NCBI GenBank assembly: GCA_026706895.1
Contig: JAPOXW010000027.1
Coordinates: 72,373 to 136,372 of the forward strand
Direction of reading: 5' to 3'
DNA from: Gammaproteobacteria bacterium
GTDB taxonomy: Bacteria; Pseudomonadota; Gammaproteobacteria; Poriferisulfidales; Poriferisulfidaceae
DNA: 64,000 nucleotides
In this document: positions 18,784 to 29,087 of the stretch, in pieces
Layout: each line of letters starts with the position of its first letter
Numbering within the stretch: the first letter of the stretch is position 1
Translations under genes and position numbers: made by a program
The notes under the pieces: generated by a model
Told to the model about the DNA's origin: nothing
What the model saw: only the letters and a program-made list of their open reading frames with translations
Databases searched by the model: none

Positions 18784-20136
18784 ATGAAAAGACCTGAAAA
18801 GGCCCCCTCAATAGAAGATCTCGTGAAGAAGATTCAGCCTGAGGACATGAATAGGCTGTTTTCTCAAGGAAATATTGCGGTCCTTCCTACTATTGCCGGA
18901 AAATACCTGCACTGGTCCGAACTGAGACACAGAACACCACCCGAAGGGCTAGATCACAAGCTTTGGTGGCTGAAGATAAAAGTCGCGCGGGGGCATGCAA
19001 GGAAAGAAATACTCCTGAAAGACGCAGGCGGAGTACATTTCAGTTTTTGCATCCCCGATTCAGTATTGGAGACGCTGCACAAAATCGACGGCCAGGCGGC
19101 AGGTCGAATCGCTATACCGGAGCAAGTCACCAATCCGGAAACAAGAGATCGTTACATCATAAATTCTCTTATTGAAGAAGCCATAAATTCAAGTCAGTTG
19201 GAAGGAGCCTCGACCTCCAGGAAAATCGCGTCGAACATGCTGAGGTCGGGGCGCAATCCCAAAAGTCAGGATGAACGAATGATTCTGAACAACTACATGG
19301 CTATGAATTTTGTCCGGCAGGTTAAAAACGAAAAATTAACGCCGGAACTAGTCTTGGAACTGCACAGGATTGTCACCGACCGGACGTTGGAGAACACTGA
19401 CGCAGCCGGAAAGCTGCAAACGAGCGACGATGTGAGGGTCGGTGTTTACGATGTCAAAAGTGGGCGCCGATTGCATGCACCCCCTCCCGCGAGCCAGTTG
19501 CAAAGTCGGTTGGAGGAATTGTGTGAATTCGCGAACGAGCAACATGTGGATTCAAATTTTCTGCATCCTATCGTCAAGGCAATCATCCTGCACTTCTGGA
19601 TCGGTTTTGATCACCCATTTGAGGATGGGAATGGAAGATTGGCACGCGCATTGTTTTATTGGTGGGTGCTGAAGCAGAATTATTGGCTATTCGAATTTCT
19701 ATCCATATCAAGAAATATCAAGGAGGCTCCTGCACAGTACGGATATGCCTACCTGTACTCGGAAACTGATGAAAATGACTTGACGTACTTTATCGTCCAC
19801 CAGTTAAAAGTCATCATGTCGTCAATTTCGGATTTAGAAGAATACCTGAACAGAAAGATTGAACAGGTACATGCCTTGGAAAATAAACTGAAGAACGCTG
19901 GCCAATTCAACCATAGACAATTAGCGTTGCTCAGTCACGCGATTCGAGGAAATAGTGATGGATACACCTTTAGGTCTCACCAAACAAGCCACAACATAGT
20001 TCGTGCAACGGCACGCGCAGATTTACTCTCTCTAGAGGAGCACGGGCTGCTCTTCAAAGGAGGCAAAAGGAGCGGAGCAATCGTGTTCTACCCAGCAGAA
20101 GATATAGATGAAAGAATCGACAGTTTGTCAGACTAA
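18784..20136 (+). CDS. Fic family protein (class II, auto-inhibited AMPylase-type)
   Basis: 450 aa. Fic motif HPFEDGNGRLAR matches HPFx[DE]GNGR. An N-terminal inhibitory-helix-like motif SSQLEG matches [ST]xxxE[GN]. Strongly AT-rich relative to flanking genes. Confidence 0.85.
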   Translation: MKRPEKAPSIEDLVKKIQPEDMNRLFSQGNIAVLPTIAGKYLHWSELRHRTPPEGLDHKLWWLKIKVARGHARKEILLKDAGGVHFSFCIPDSVLETLHKIDGQAAGRIAIPEQVTNPETRDRYIINSLIEEAINSSQLEGASTSRKIASNMLRSGRNPKSQDERMILNNYMAMNFVRQVKNEKLTPELVLELHRIVTDRTLENTDAAGKLQTSDDVRVGVYDVKSGRRLHAPPPASQLQSRLEELCEFANEQHVDSNFLHPIVKAIILHFWIGFDHPFEDGNGRLARALFYWWVLKQNYWLFEFLSISRNIKEAPAQYGYAYLYSETDENDLTYFIVHQLKVIMSSISDLEEYLNRKIEQVHALENKLKNAGQFNHRQLALLSHAIRGNSDGYTFRSHQTSHNIVRATARADLLSLEEHGLLFKGGKRSGAIVFYPAEDIDERIDSLSD

Positions 20137-20250
20137 GATCCCCGCAGGTTTCTATATGCCGCATTTTTGCGAATTTTGGCGCCTCAATAGATTTCGGAGC
20201 ATCAACTATCGACCTAAAAAAATGTCCAATATAATATATTTTATAATTAT

Positions 20251-20275
20251 ACTTTTATCGGACTTTTATCGGACT
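20251..20275. repeat. Tandem 11-bp direct repeat ACTTTTATCGG x2.3
   Basis: Seen directly, immediately upstream of the ORF starting at 20282. Confidence 0.6.
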
Positions 20276-20281
20276 AACTAA

Positions 20282-20767
20282 ATGCGCCAGGAACGGCATA
20301 AATTATTGTCTAGGCTTGAAAAGCTAGGGCGGCCTGCACTAATTTCAGAACTGCGTGAAGGATTCCGTGTCAATGATCGAACCTTGCGCCGTTGGTTGCT
20401 CGCGCTATGCGACGAAGGAGAGGTCGAGGCGACCGGGTCCAACAAGGGAAGGCGGTACCGACTCGCAGCACCGCCGAAGACGGATCCGCAAATCGAGGAT
20501 GGGACCCTTGATGGACTGCAGCAGGAATTGCTGCGCGAAGCAATCCGCGACACCGTCTACGGACGCACCCTGACAATCCTCCTCACGGAGCGTATTCGGA
20601 CCCTTCTTCCGGCCCCGGTCCGCCCGGGTTTCATCGATAACACTCTGCAACGCCTTCAATCGGTGACAAGCCGGGAAGCAGAATCCCTCGGAATCTCACC
20701 GGAGACATTCGAACGCTGGCGCCATCTACAATGCTCAATCGAATCCGGGCAACAAGCCGCGGATTGA
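20282..20767 (+). CDS. Hypothetical winged-helix DNA-binding protein
   Basis: 161 aa. N-terminal segment LISELREGFRVNDRTLRRWLLALCDEGEVEATG resembles a wHTH. No family assigned. Confidence 0.4.
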   Translation: MRQERHKLLSRLEKLGRPALISELREGFRVNDRTLRRWLLALCDEGEVEATGSNKGRRYRLAAPPKTDPQIEDGTLDGLQQELLREAIRDTVYGRTLTILLTERIRTLLPAPVRPGFIDNTLQRLQSVTSREAESLGISPETFERWRHLQCSIESGQQAAD

Positions 20768-20780
20768 CCCGAATCCCACC

Positions 20781-21485
20781 ATGACTCTCCGCTTTCTCTC
20801 TATCGAGCACGTGCCACAAGAGGGAGTGGGCACAATTTCTTCATATATTCAAGAGCTTGGTGGAAGCCTAGCCCGGCACAGGCAATACCAGCGACAATCC
20901 CTGTCCGCTTCCCACGACGACTACGACGTGCTGGTGGCAATGGGAGGACCGATGGGTGTATACGACTCCGATCAGTATCCCTGGCTCAAAGGCGAACTGC
21001 GCTTCATCCGCGAAGCGGTTGACCAAGGCAAACACGTCCTAGGGATCTGTCTCGGCGCCCAGATCATCGCCAGAGCCTTAGACGCGGAGGTTCGAAAGAA
21101 TCCCTGCACGGAAATCGGTTGGTTCCCGGTTCACTTCGAGGACGCATTCCTGAAAACCCGGCTCGGGCAGGGACTTGATCGGCAAATGGACGTCTTGCAC
21201 TGGCACGGAGACACATTCTCCATTCCTCCGAGCGCAGTACCTGTTGCGAACAGCGAGGCCTGCGCCAACCAGGGATTTCTGTACGAGGGGAGAGTGCTGG
21301 GGCTTCAGTTCCACCTGGAGATGGGAACGGAAGAAGTGGGCGTGATGATTGAGCATTTCAAGGATGAACTGGTGCCCGACAAATTCGTCCAGAGCGGTAA
21401 AGAGATTCGGGCACGAACCGAGGAATGCGCCGCGCCAGCACGGCAGGTCTTATTCTCTATCTTGGATGGATGGTTGGAACGTTAG
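20781..21485 (+). CDS. Class I glutamine amidotransferase-like protein
   Basis: 234 aa with GICLGAQ nucleophile elbow and downstream His (HWHGDTF). Confidence 0.7.
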   Translation: MTLRFLSIEHVPQEGVGTISSYIQELGGSLARHRQYQRQSLSASHDDYDVLVAMGGPMGVYDSDQYPWLKGELRFIREAVDQGKHVLGICLGAQIIARALDAEVRKNPCTEIGWFPVHFEDAFLKTRLGQGLDRQMDVLHWHGDTFSIPPSAVPVANSEACANQGFLYEGRVLGLQFHLEMGTEEVGVMIEHFKDELVPDKFVQSGKEIRARTEECAAPARQVLFSILDGWLER

Positions 21486-21568
21486 ACCGAGAAGTCTTTG
21501 AAAGAGACTTTTTCATCAACAAGTCAACTAGCTTTCCCGCGCATCCTTTTCTCTGCACGGGATCCAAG

Positions 21569-21605
21569 AAAAACGCCCAGCCGAAGCTGGGCGTTTAATT
21601 TTTGA
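21569..21605. terminator. Bidirectional rho-independent terminator
   Basis: AAAAACGCCCAGC-GAAGCTGGGCGTTTAATTTTT. A GC stem flanked by an A-run and a T-run, between convergent genes. Confidence 0.55.
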
Positions 21606-21628
21606 GGCTAGTTTTACGTTCGACTGAA

Positions 21629-22168
21629 TTACTCCGATGACAGCATTCCACCGACTTTACCGGAGATCATGCCAAAGACGGCGCCAACGACAACGGATAT
21701 CGCGACGACGACCAAGGCGTTTGAAGTACCAGCAGAGCTCAAGGCTTCCATAGTGAATGCGCCCTCAGTCTGCAGCGCATAGGCTGCAACACTTGCATAG
21801 CCCAAAACACTTGCCGGGATTGAGGAGAAGTACTCGACATGAGCCAACAGGCACATAACTAAGACACTTCCAGCCACTACGACTCCTGCCCAGATGGGAA
21901 CAGTCAACGTTTCGCCTAGTGGGATCGATAGGATAACGAGTAACGCTACCCAAGCGACTACTGCACCAAGAATACCGCACACAATTGTGTTTTGCAGTGC
22001 TTTTTGGTCTCCCCCTATTGCGAAATAACAGGCCCAAGCTATGAAAGCTACCCAAATGAGGACGATTCCGGATAATGGACCCAAACTTAGTGCCGTTGCG
22101 ACACCACCTAAAACACCAATGCTGACCGATAATGCGACAAGACTTGACATGGTCATACCTCCTGTCAA
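21629..22168 (-). CDS. Inner-membrane protein (DUF1097/YcdZ-like)
   Basis: 179 aa, almost entirely hydrophobic helices. The family call is tentative. Confidence 0.45.
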   Translation of the reverse strand: MTGGMTMSSLVALSVSIGVLGGVATALSLGPLSGIVLIWVAFIAWACYFAIGGDQKALQNTIVCGILGAVVAWVALLVILSIPLGETLTVPIWAGVVVAGSVLVMCLLAHVEYFSSIPASVLGYASVAAYALQTEGAFTMEALSSAGTSNALVVVAISVVVGAVFGMISGKVGGMLSSE

Positions 22169-22456
22169 ATTGTTTTATCGACCGCGTCCGGCTAGATCTA
22201 ACGTACAGCCGAACGGCGATCTACCCCGTATTGTACATGGTATGGATTTCCGTAAGTACCACTTTCGAAAGGGTCAATTCGGACGTCAATCGTGCCGGGA
22301 AAAATCCTAAGCGCAACTCTCTGGTTTTCCCGTTTCGCAATACCGATTACAGACCAAAACCTATCAACATCCCCATCTCTCTAGGCACCGGAAAAAGTGT
22401 GTGGTTGACATTGGCGGCAGTTGACCTATGATGCGCACCCGGTTGCAATTCCGACC

Positions 22457-22591
22457 ATGAAACGAACCTTTCAGCCCAACAATTTGCGCCGCAAGCGGAC
22501 GCACGGATTCCGTGCCCGCATGCGGACTCGTGCCGGGCGCGCCATTCTTAACGCCCGGCGCCGCCGCGGTCGTGCGCGACTCATCCCCTGA
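22457..22591 (+). CDS. rpmH: 50S ribosomal protein L34
   Basis: 44 aa: [44 protein letters not shown]. Not in the ORF track because it is under 60 aa. Upstream TTGACA-(16/17)-TATGAT promoter at ~22411-22439. Confidence 0.9.
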   Translation: MKRTFQPNNLRRKRTHGFRARMRTRAGRAILNARRRRGRARLIP

Positions 22592-22952
22592 GCCGGAAGA
22601 AGCCCCCGGGCGATTCTCTTTCCCGCGCAGCCGTAGGCTGGTTCATTCGCATCAGTTCCAGAATGTCTACCGGCACCGGAAGGCTAAGCGTGCGCATGGC
22701 CGCATCGTTTCTTGCGTGTGGATGCCGAACGGACAACCGGCAGCACGCCTGGGGCTCGCCGTCTCGAAACGCGCGCTGCGACGCAGCTCTGCCCGCAACA
22801 CGTTCAAACGCCTGGTACGGGAACACTTCCGGCTCCACCCTCTGTCCGGGATGGACTTGATCGTCAGCTGCCGCCGAGACGTTCGCCCCCCGCTTGACCG
22901 GCGGGCGATCCGTCTTGAACTTGCCGACCTTTGGGACAGGATCAGGCCATGA
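22572..22952 (+). CDS. rnpA: RNase P protein component
   Basis: Aligns with E. coli RnpA ([32 protein letters not shown] matches [24 protein letters not shown]). The start is uncertain: I chose the GTG at 22572, overlapping the rpmH 3' end. Confidence 0.8.
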   Translation: MRDSSPEPEEAPGRFSFPRSRRLVHSHQFQNVYRHRKAKRAHGRIVSCVWMPNGQPAARLGLAVSKRALRRSSARNTFKRLVREHFRLHPLSGMDLIVSCRRDVRPPLDRRAIRLELADLWDRIRP

Positions 22953-23182
22953 CCCGTCTTCTCATCGGCCTGTTGCGCGCCTACCAGTACCTGCTTAGTC
23001 CGTTTTTCGGACAGCATTGCAGGTTTACGCCAACCTGTTCGCAATATGCCATCGACGCTTTGCGCGAACATGGCCCCTGGCGCGGCAGCATGCTCGCGGC
23101 AAGGCGCGTACTGCGTTGCCATCCCTGGCATCCGGGCGGAATGGATCCAGTGCCGGAACGGAGGCGTACCCATGGGTGGTGA
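22931..23182 (+). CDS. yidD: Membrane protein insertion efficiency factor YidD
   Basis: 83 aa: [30 protein letters not shown], the canonical YidD sequence. Confidence 0.85.
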   Translation: MGQDQAMTRLLIGLLRAYQYLLSPFFGQHCRFTPTCSQYAIDALREHGPWRGSMLAARRVLRCHPWHPGGMDPVPERRRTHGW

Positions 23183-24866
23183 TCCCCGGCTGTTCCTGTA
23201 CGGCGCCCTCGCCATCATGCTGTTCCTAGTCTGGCAGACCTGGGAACTGGAGAAGGCTCCTCCTTCTGTGCCCTCGCAAGCTTCGCAGCAGCAGCCGGCT
23301 CCGGCGGAAGGGACTTCGGACATGCCGGCACCCCGAGCGGAAGACATGCCCGAGGCCCGGCAGGCCGAGCCTGCCGACGATCTTCCAAACGAAGCATTGC
23401 CCGAGCGCCGTGACTGGATCAAGGTGCGTACCGATGTGCTGGACCTGCGGATCGATACCGTGGGCGGAAACGTCATGCAAGCAGACCTTCCCCTGTACCC
23501 GGTCTCTCTCGAAAAGCCGGACGTTCCCACGCGGCTCTTGTATGTCGGCAATGAAAAATACGTCGTGCAGAGTGGGCTGACGCACGACACGAGCGGCGAT
23601 CTGGATCTCAGCCACCGGGCACCCAGCCATCATTCGCCCTACCAGGCTGACCGGCTGCGATACGATTTTTCCGAGGCGACCGAACCGGAAACCGTCACCC
23701 TGCGTTGGGACGGACCGGACGGCATCCAGGTGCTCAAGCATTTCCACTTCACGCCGGGTCAATATCTAGTCGACGTCACGCACGAAGTACGTAACCAGGG
23801 AGCGGAAGACTGGGTCGGGCGGCAATACCGCCAGTTGCGACGCAGTGCCGGTCGTGCGCCGGACCGAACCTCGCTCCTGTTCGGCAACACCGAGGCCATT
23901 TCCTTCATTGGCGCGGCCTATCACGATTCCGAGACCTATCACAAGTTGTCGTTCGAGGACATGGACGAGGAGCCGTTCAGTGCAAATCTGATGGACGGAT
24001 GGGTGGCCATGCTGCAGCACTATTTCGTTTCCGCCTGGGTGCCTCCGCGCGGGGATGTCGAACGGTACTACACCCGGGTCGTGCGCGGAGGACGTTATCC
24101 TGAATACATCATCGGCATGCATTCGCCTGCCCAGCGCATCGCGCCCGGAGCCAGCACCCGATTTTCCTCGCAACTGTACGTCGGACCGAAAGAGCAAAAC
24201 AAGCTCAAGGAGATTGCCGATGGCCTGGAATTGACCGTAGACTATGGCATCCTCACGATCCTGTCGAAACCCTTGTTCTGGGTTCTGGACAATATCTACT
24301 GGCTGACCGGCAACTGGGGCTGGTCGATCGTGCTGCTGACGGTCCTGATCAAACTCGTGTTCTACAAACTGTCCGAGACCAGTTACCGATCGATGGCGAA
24401 AATGCGCAAGTTCGCACCGCGGGTGCAGCAGTTGCGCGAACGCTACGGCGGCGACCGCGTGAAGATGAACGAGGCGATGATGAAGATGTACCGGGAGGAG
24501 AAGGTCAACCCGCTGGGCGGCTGCTGGCCGATCCTCGTGCAGATCCCGGTCTTCATCGCGCTGTACTGGGTGCTTCTGGAAAGCGTGGAGCTGCGGCAGG
24601 CTCCGTTCATCGCCTGGATTCATGACTTGTCGGTGCGCGACCCGTACTATGTCCTCCCGGTGCTGATGGGTGCGAGCATGGTCGTACAGACCAAGCTCAA
24701 CCCGACCCCCCCGGACCCGTTTCAGGCCAAGTTGATGATGGCGTTGCCGATCGTGTTCACGGTCTTCTTCCTGTTCTTCCCGGCCGGGCTGGTCCTGTAC
24801 TGGCTGGTCAACAACCTGCTCTCGATTGCCCAACAGTGGTTCATCATCCGGCGCATGGACGCGTAG
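23172..24866 (+). CDS. yidC: Membrane protein insertase YidC
   Basis: Start at [11 protein letters not shown] (TM1). Large periplasmic domain, then the conserved C-terminal five-TM core ([20 protein letters not shown]..., [17 protein letters not shown]). Confidence 0.9.
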   Translation: MGGDPRLFLYGALAIMLFLVWQTWELEKAPPSVPSQASQQQPAPAEGTSDMPAPRAEDMPEARQAEPADDLPNEALPERRDWIKVRTDVLDLRIDTVGGNVMQADLPLYPVSLEKPDVPTRLLYVGNEKYVVQSGLTHDTSGDLDLSHRAPSHHSPYQADRLRYDFSEATEPETVTLRWDGPDGIQVLKHFHFTPGQYLVDVTHEVRNQGAEDWVGRQYRQLRRSAGRAPDRTSLLFGNTEAISFIGAAYHDSETYHKLSFEDMDEEPFSANLMDGWVAMLQHYFVSAWVPPRGDVERYYTRVVRGGRYPEYIIGMHSPAQRIAPGASTRFSSQLYVGPKEQNKLKEIADGLELTVDYGILTILSKPLFWVLDNIYWLTGNWGWSIVLLTVLIKLVFYKLSETSYRSMAKMRKFAPRVQQLRERYGGDRVKMNEAMMKMYREEKVNPLGGCWPILVQIPVFIALYWVLLESVELRQAPFIAWIHDLSVRDPYYVLPVLMGASMVVQTKLNPTPPDPFQAKLMMALPIVFTVFFLFFPAGLVLYWLVNNLLSIAQQWFIIRRMDA

Positions 24867-24879
24867 TGCCGCAACCGGC

Positions 24880-26214
24880 ATGAATTCCGGCGACACGATC
24901 GTCGCTTTGTCCACCCCGCCCGGGCGCGGCGCACTCGCCCTGATCCGTGCGAGTGGCCCCCAAGTTCCGGACCTGACCCGCCAACTCAATGATGGGGTGC
25001 TTCCCGCACCTCGTGCCGCTTCTCTTCGGGTGCTTCATGACACCGAAGGCCGCACGTTGGATCAGGGCGTGCTGACGTTCTACCCGGCCCCCGCTTCGGC
25101 CACCGGCGAAGACGTATTGGAAATCTCCTGCCATGGTGCACCCGCAGTAGTCGAGGCTTTGCTGTCCCGGTTGCGTTCGTTGGGCGCGCGCCCGGCCGAA
25201 CCCGGCGAATTCAGCCGCCGGGCATTCGAGGCCGGAAAGATGGACCTGGCTCAGGCCCAGGCAGTCGCCGATCTTGTCGCCGCAACCACGGGGCGGGCGG
25301 CTCGATGTGCTGCAAGGGTGCTAAAAGGCGATATTTCACGCGAAATATCATCTATCTTGCAGGAAATAGTCGATATCAGGGTCTATATTGAAGGAGCTTT
25401 GGATTTTCCCGACGAAGACGTGGACTGGTTGGCGGAATCCGATTTCGGCACCCGGCTATCAGCACTTTCGGACAAGGTGGAACAATTGGTTCGTCGGGCA
25501 CGGCAGGGGCGGACGGTCGCCACGGGAATTCGCCTGGCGCTGCTCGGCCCGCCCAATGTCGGCAAGTCCAGCCTGCTTAATCATTTCACCGGTACCGACA
25601 CGGCAATCGTAACCGCGCAACCGGGCACGACCCGGGACGTGCTGACGGCCTCGTTCCAGATCGATGGCATTCCATTGATCCTGGCCGACACCGCGGGCAT
25701 TCGCGCGGCGGAGGCCGAAGCGGAGGTCGAAGGAATCCGCCGCAGCTGGCGCGCCGCCGAGGAAGCCGACCTGATCTTGCAGATGTTCGATGCCCATGCC
25801 GGCTGGAGCGAAGACGATGAAGAAATAAAGAATCGCTTGCCGGAACTCCCTGCTTTAACCTTGGCCAACAAGTGCGACTTGCTGCCCGACGGAATCCCCA
25901 GGTCCGGGCCCAAAGAAGCCATCCGCCTGTCGGCGAAATTCGGCCATGGGATCGAAACGCTTAAAGGACAAATCATCCACCTGCTGGAACTTGAAAATGC
26001 GCTGGAGGAAGACGAGTTCATGGCGCACCAGCGGCAGATCGACGCCCTGCTCGAAACCGGCAAAACACTGAAGCGCGCCACCCAGGCCCAGGGCGGCGAA
26101 CTGATTGCGGAAGAACTTCGCCTCGCGCAGGAGGCCCTGGGCGCCTTGACCGGCGAATTCACTGCCGACGACCTGCTCGGGGAAATCTTCAGCCGGTTCT
26201 GCATCGGAAAATGA
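24880..26214 (+). CDS. mnmE: tRNA modification GTPase MnmE (TrmE)
   Basis: Start at MNSGDTIVALSTPPGRGA. G-domain GPPNVGKSSLLN and C-terminal CIGK motif. Confidence 0.9.
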   Translation: MNSGDTIVALSTPPGRGALALIRASGPQVPDLTRQLNDGVLPAPRAASLRVLHDTEGRTLDQGVLTFYPAPASATGEDVLEISCHGAPAVVEALLSRLRSLGARPAEPGEFSRRAFEAGKMDLAQAQAVADLVAATTGRAARCAARVLKGDISREISSILQEIVDIRVYIEGALDFPDEDVDWLAESDFGTRLSALSDKVEQLVRRARQGRTVATGIRLALLGPPNVGKSSLLNHFTGTDTAIVTAQPGTTRDVLTASFQIDGIPLILADTAGIRAAEAEAEVEGIRRSWRAAEEADLILQMFDAHAGWSEDDEEIKNRLPELPALTLANKCDLLPDGIPRSGPKEAIRLSAKFGHGIETLKGQIIHLLELENALEEDEFMAHQRQIDALLETGKTLKRATQAQGGELIAEELRLAQEALGALTGEFTADDLLGEIFSRFCIGK

Positions 26215-26367
26215 AAATCTTGTCTCTCGTCATAAGTCGGCAACAGCAAATCTCCATACTCTCCCGGTACCACATCCGCGGCTGGCTGCTTCACAAAGCC
26301 AGCGAGCAGTAGAATACATACCTAATTTTAACGCCTCCGCCAGCGCTGGCGGAGCCTCGTTCTTCCG

Positions 26368-27825
26368 ATGATCACCGGCTCTTTCATTTTCTTCCTCGCC
26401 CTGTTCCTGGGCATCGGGCTGTACGCGCACCTGCACTCGCGCCACAGCCACCGCGACTACCTGCTGGCCAACCAGGAAACCCCGCCCTGGCTCGCGGGGC
26501 TTTCGGCCGGCGCGACCGCCAACAGCGGCTACATGTTCACCGGCCTGATCGGCTACGCCTATCTAGTCGGCCTGCCCTCCATCTGGCTGGGGCTCGGGAT
26601 GATCCTCGGCGACATCGTCGCCTCGTCCTTCGTCCACCGCCGCCTGCGTGCGGTCACGAACATGGGACAAGCCGAGACCTATGCCGGCATCCTGAGCCAC
26701 TGGAACGGGACGGATTTTCGGTTGTACCGTCACCTGGCCGGATTCGTGTCCCTGATCTTCCTGTCCACGTACGCCGCGGCACAGTTCGTGGCCGGCAGCA
26801 AGGCGTTGCATGTGTTGTTCGGCTGGGAGGAATTCGTCGGCGCCCTGATCGGCGCGGGAATCGTGGCGAGCTACAGCTGGGCCGGAGGAATCCGCGCTTC
26901 CATCTGGACGGATGCCCTGCAGGCCATCGTCATGATGGTGGCGATGATCGTGCTGCTCGTGATCGCGCTTGACTTCGTGGGCGGGATATCCGCGGCCTGG
27001 ATTGCGCTGGACGCGGTCTCTCCCACGCACCTGGACCTGGTCCCCCCGGACCTTCAGTTCGGCGCGCTGGGTCCGTTGCTGTTCGGCCTGGGCTGGATCG
27101 TCGCGGGGTTCTGCGTTGTGGGTCAGCCGCACATCATGGTGCGCTTCATGACGCTGGACCGCCCGGAGAACACCAATCGGGCGCGCGTCTACTACTACGC
27201 TTGGACGTTCCTGTTCGGCCTGGTGGCCAATGCCGTCGGCCTGCTGACCCGGATCCTCCTTCCCCCCGATGTCGTGTTCGATGCCGAACTGGCGTTGCCG
27301 ACCGTGGCGCTCGACTTGCTTCCGGGAATCCTGGTGGGGGTCGTGATCGCGGGGATGTTCGCGGCCACCCTGTCGACGGCCGACTCCCTGATCCTGAGTT
27401 GCGCGGCAAACCTGACCGATGATTTTGCCCCAGAAGACCGCCTGCCCCTGGTCATCGTCAGGGGCGGCACGCTCCTGATGACGGGGGTGGCCCTGGCCAT
27501 CGCCCTGTCCGGGGATCAGAGTGTCTTCACGCTGGTGATGCTCGCCTGGTCCATGATGGGGGCGGTGTTCGCTCCCCTGATTACCGTGTACGCATTGGGC
27601 GGGCGACCGAACCAGCCGCTGGCGATCGCCATGCTGGTCTCGGCTGTCGCCTGCGTCGTGCTCTGGCAGATGACCCCGGAACTCGCGCTCTACTACAAGG
27701 GGTTCCTCGGCTTCATGGTCGGCCTGGTGGTGTACCTGATCGGGAGCCGTCTCGGTCTGACCCTCGGAAAGCCCGATACGGCCAGGGATTCTTTCCTGCA
27801 CCATGCCGAAACCGAGAGGCATTGA
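26368..27825 (+). CDS. Sodium:solute symporter (SSS) family transporter
   Basis: 485 aa polytopic membrane protein with an SSS-family N-terminal signature (TANSGYMFTGLIGYAY). Substrate unknown. Confidence 0.7.
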   Translation: MITGSFIFFLALFLGIGLYAHLHSRHSHRDYLLANQETPPWLAGLSAGATANSGYMFTGLIGYAYLVGLPSIWLGLGMILGDIVASSFVHRRLRAVTNMGQAETYAGILSHWNGTDFRLYRHLAGFVSLIFLSTYAAAQFVAGSKALHVLFGWEEFVGALIGAGIVASYSWAGGIRASIWTDALQAIVMMVAMIVLLVIALDFVGGISAAWIALDAVSPTHLDLVPPDLQFGALGPLLFGLGWIVAGFCVVGQPHIMVRFMTLDRPENTNRARVYYYAWTFLFGLVANAVGLLTRILLPPDVVFDAELALPTVALDLLPGILVGVVIAGMFAATLSTADSLILSCAANLTDDFAPEDRLPLVIVRGGTLLMTGVALAIALSGDQSVFTLVMLAWSMMGAVFAPLITVYALGGRPNQPLAIAMLVSAVACVVLWQMTPELALYYKGFLGFMVGLVVYLIGSRLGLTLGKPDTARDSFLHHAETERH

Positions 27826-27846
27826 ACCGAAAGTGCGGCCCTAGTC

Positions 27847-28494
27847 TCACGAAACTGACGCCCCGTTCTCTCCCAAGTATGTGCGCAAGGCGTCGCGAGC
27901 CGCTTCAAGACCAAGGCCGGTGCGAGCCGATACCAGGCTGATCGGCAGTTCGTTCCAATCCTGAAGCGCTTTCCGCAAATCGATCAGGGTACGTTGCGCC
28001 CTGGACCGCGACAACTTGTCCGCCTTGTTCAGCAAGACATGCACGGGCAAACCCACGGCACTGCACCATTCCAGCAACTGCTGATCGCTGTCTCGCAGCG
28101 GGTGACGGATATCCATGAGCAGCATCAGGCGAACCAGGCTTTGCCGGCCTCGAAGATATCCCTCCACCATGCGTTGCCAACCCGCACGCTCGGCCTTGGA
28201 CGCACGCGCGAAACCATAGCCCGGCAGATCCACCAAGCGGCGTGTTTCGTCCACGCCAAAAAAATGGAGCAGGCGAGTTCGACCTGGGGCCGCACTGGTC
28301 CGCGCCAGGGCGCGCCGTTCGCAAAGAGCATTAATCACGCTCGATTTGCCGACATTGGATCGTCCGGCAAAAGCCACTTCCACTCCCTGGTCCGGTGGGC
28401 AGTCCCCCACCCGGGGATGCCCAGAGAGGTAGGCAGTCTGGCGCAGATCCAAAATCCGCGGGGAACCCTTAGTCAACCTGTCACCGCCCTGCAA
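27847..28494 (-). CDS. engB: Ribosome biogenesis GTP-binding protein EngB/YihA
   Basis: GRSNVGKSSVINAL G1 motif. Conserved engB/cytochrome c4-dsbA/polA neighbourhood. Confidence 0.85.
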   Translation of the reverse strand: MQGGDRLTKGSPRILDLRQTAYLSGHPRVGDCPPDQGVEVAFAGRSNVGKSSVINALCERRALARTSAAPGRTRLLHFFGVDETRRLVDLPGYGFARASKAERAGWQRMVEGYLRGRQSLVRLMLLMDIRHPLRDSDQQLLEWCSAVGLPVHVLLNKADKLSRSRAQRTLIDLRKALQDWNELPISLVSARTGLGLEAARDALRTYLGENGASVS

Positions 28495-28506
28495 TTCGAC
28501 CGAATT

Positions 28507-28962
28507 TCACGACTCTGACTCGTGAAGGAATTGTACGATCCTGTCTACCGCCTCGTCGGGCGACAGTTCTACCGTGTTGACGTGCAGCTCCGGGGGCTCG
28601 TAGGGAGAGTCGATGCCGGTGAAATGCGGCAGTTCGCCCCTTCGGGCCTTTGCCCGCTCCGAGCGAAACGGAGAGATGATGGCGACGATGGCAACCAGGC
28701 CGGCGTCCACCATCAGCTTGGCGACTTCGGAGATCCGGCGAATGTTCTCCGCCCGGTCAACAAGCGTAAAGTCGAGATCCCGGCTCAGTCCGAGGCGGAC
28801 ATTGTCCCCGTCCAAGAGGTACGTATGCCGGCCCAGGGCCTCGAGTTTTCCCTCCAACAGGCTCGCAATCGTCGACTTGCCGGCGCATGGCAGGCCTGTC
28901 AGCCAGAGGACGCAAGGCTGTTGATTCAAGGCATGCGCCCGCATGTCTTTGTTGATGCTCAT
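28507..28962 (-). CDS. cysC: Adenylyl-sulfate kinase
   Basis: [13 protein letters not shown]-loop, LDGDNVR, and an ISPF..R segment typical of APS kinases. Short at 151 aa. Confidence 0.7.
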   Translation of the reverse strand: MSINKDMRAHALNQQPCVLWLTGLPCAGKSTIASLLEGKLEALGRHTYLLDGDNVRLGLSRDLDFTLVDRAENIRRISEVAKLMVDAGLVAIVAIISPFRSERAKARRGELPHFTGIDSPYEPPELHVNTVELSPDEAVDRIVQFLHESES

Positions 28963-29087
28963 CCGAAGCTTTGTCCCCGATCACGGAAAGCCCATTCTAG
29001 CGATATCCCTAGGTCACGCCTCGGTTTCCGAGAGAACGATTTTGCTACAATGGCGCGCCTGTACGGAATACCCTTCCCGCATCACCA

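Noticed and set aside
22170-22456. TGTGGTTGA near the rpmH promoter as a DnaA box
   Set aside because: It has two mismatches to the consensus and occurs only once. The TTGACA-TATGAT elements are sufficient to explain the site as the rpmH promoter.
25326-25343. parS-like palindrome ATATTTCACGCGAAATAT inside mnmE
   Set aside because: It has three mismatches to the TGTTTCACGTGAAACA consensus, including the central CGTG core. It is probably too degenerate to bind ParB, though origin-proximal parS sites do often lie in mnmE/mnmG.
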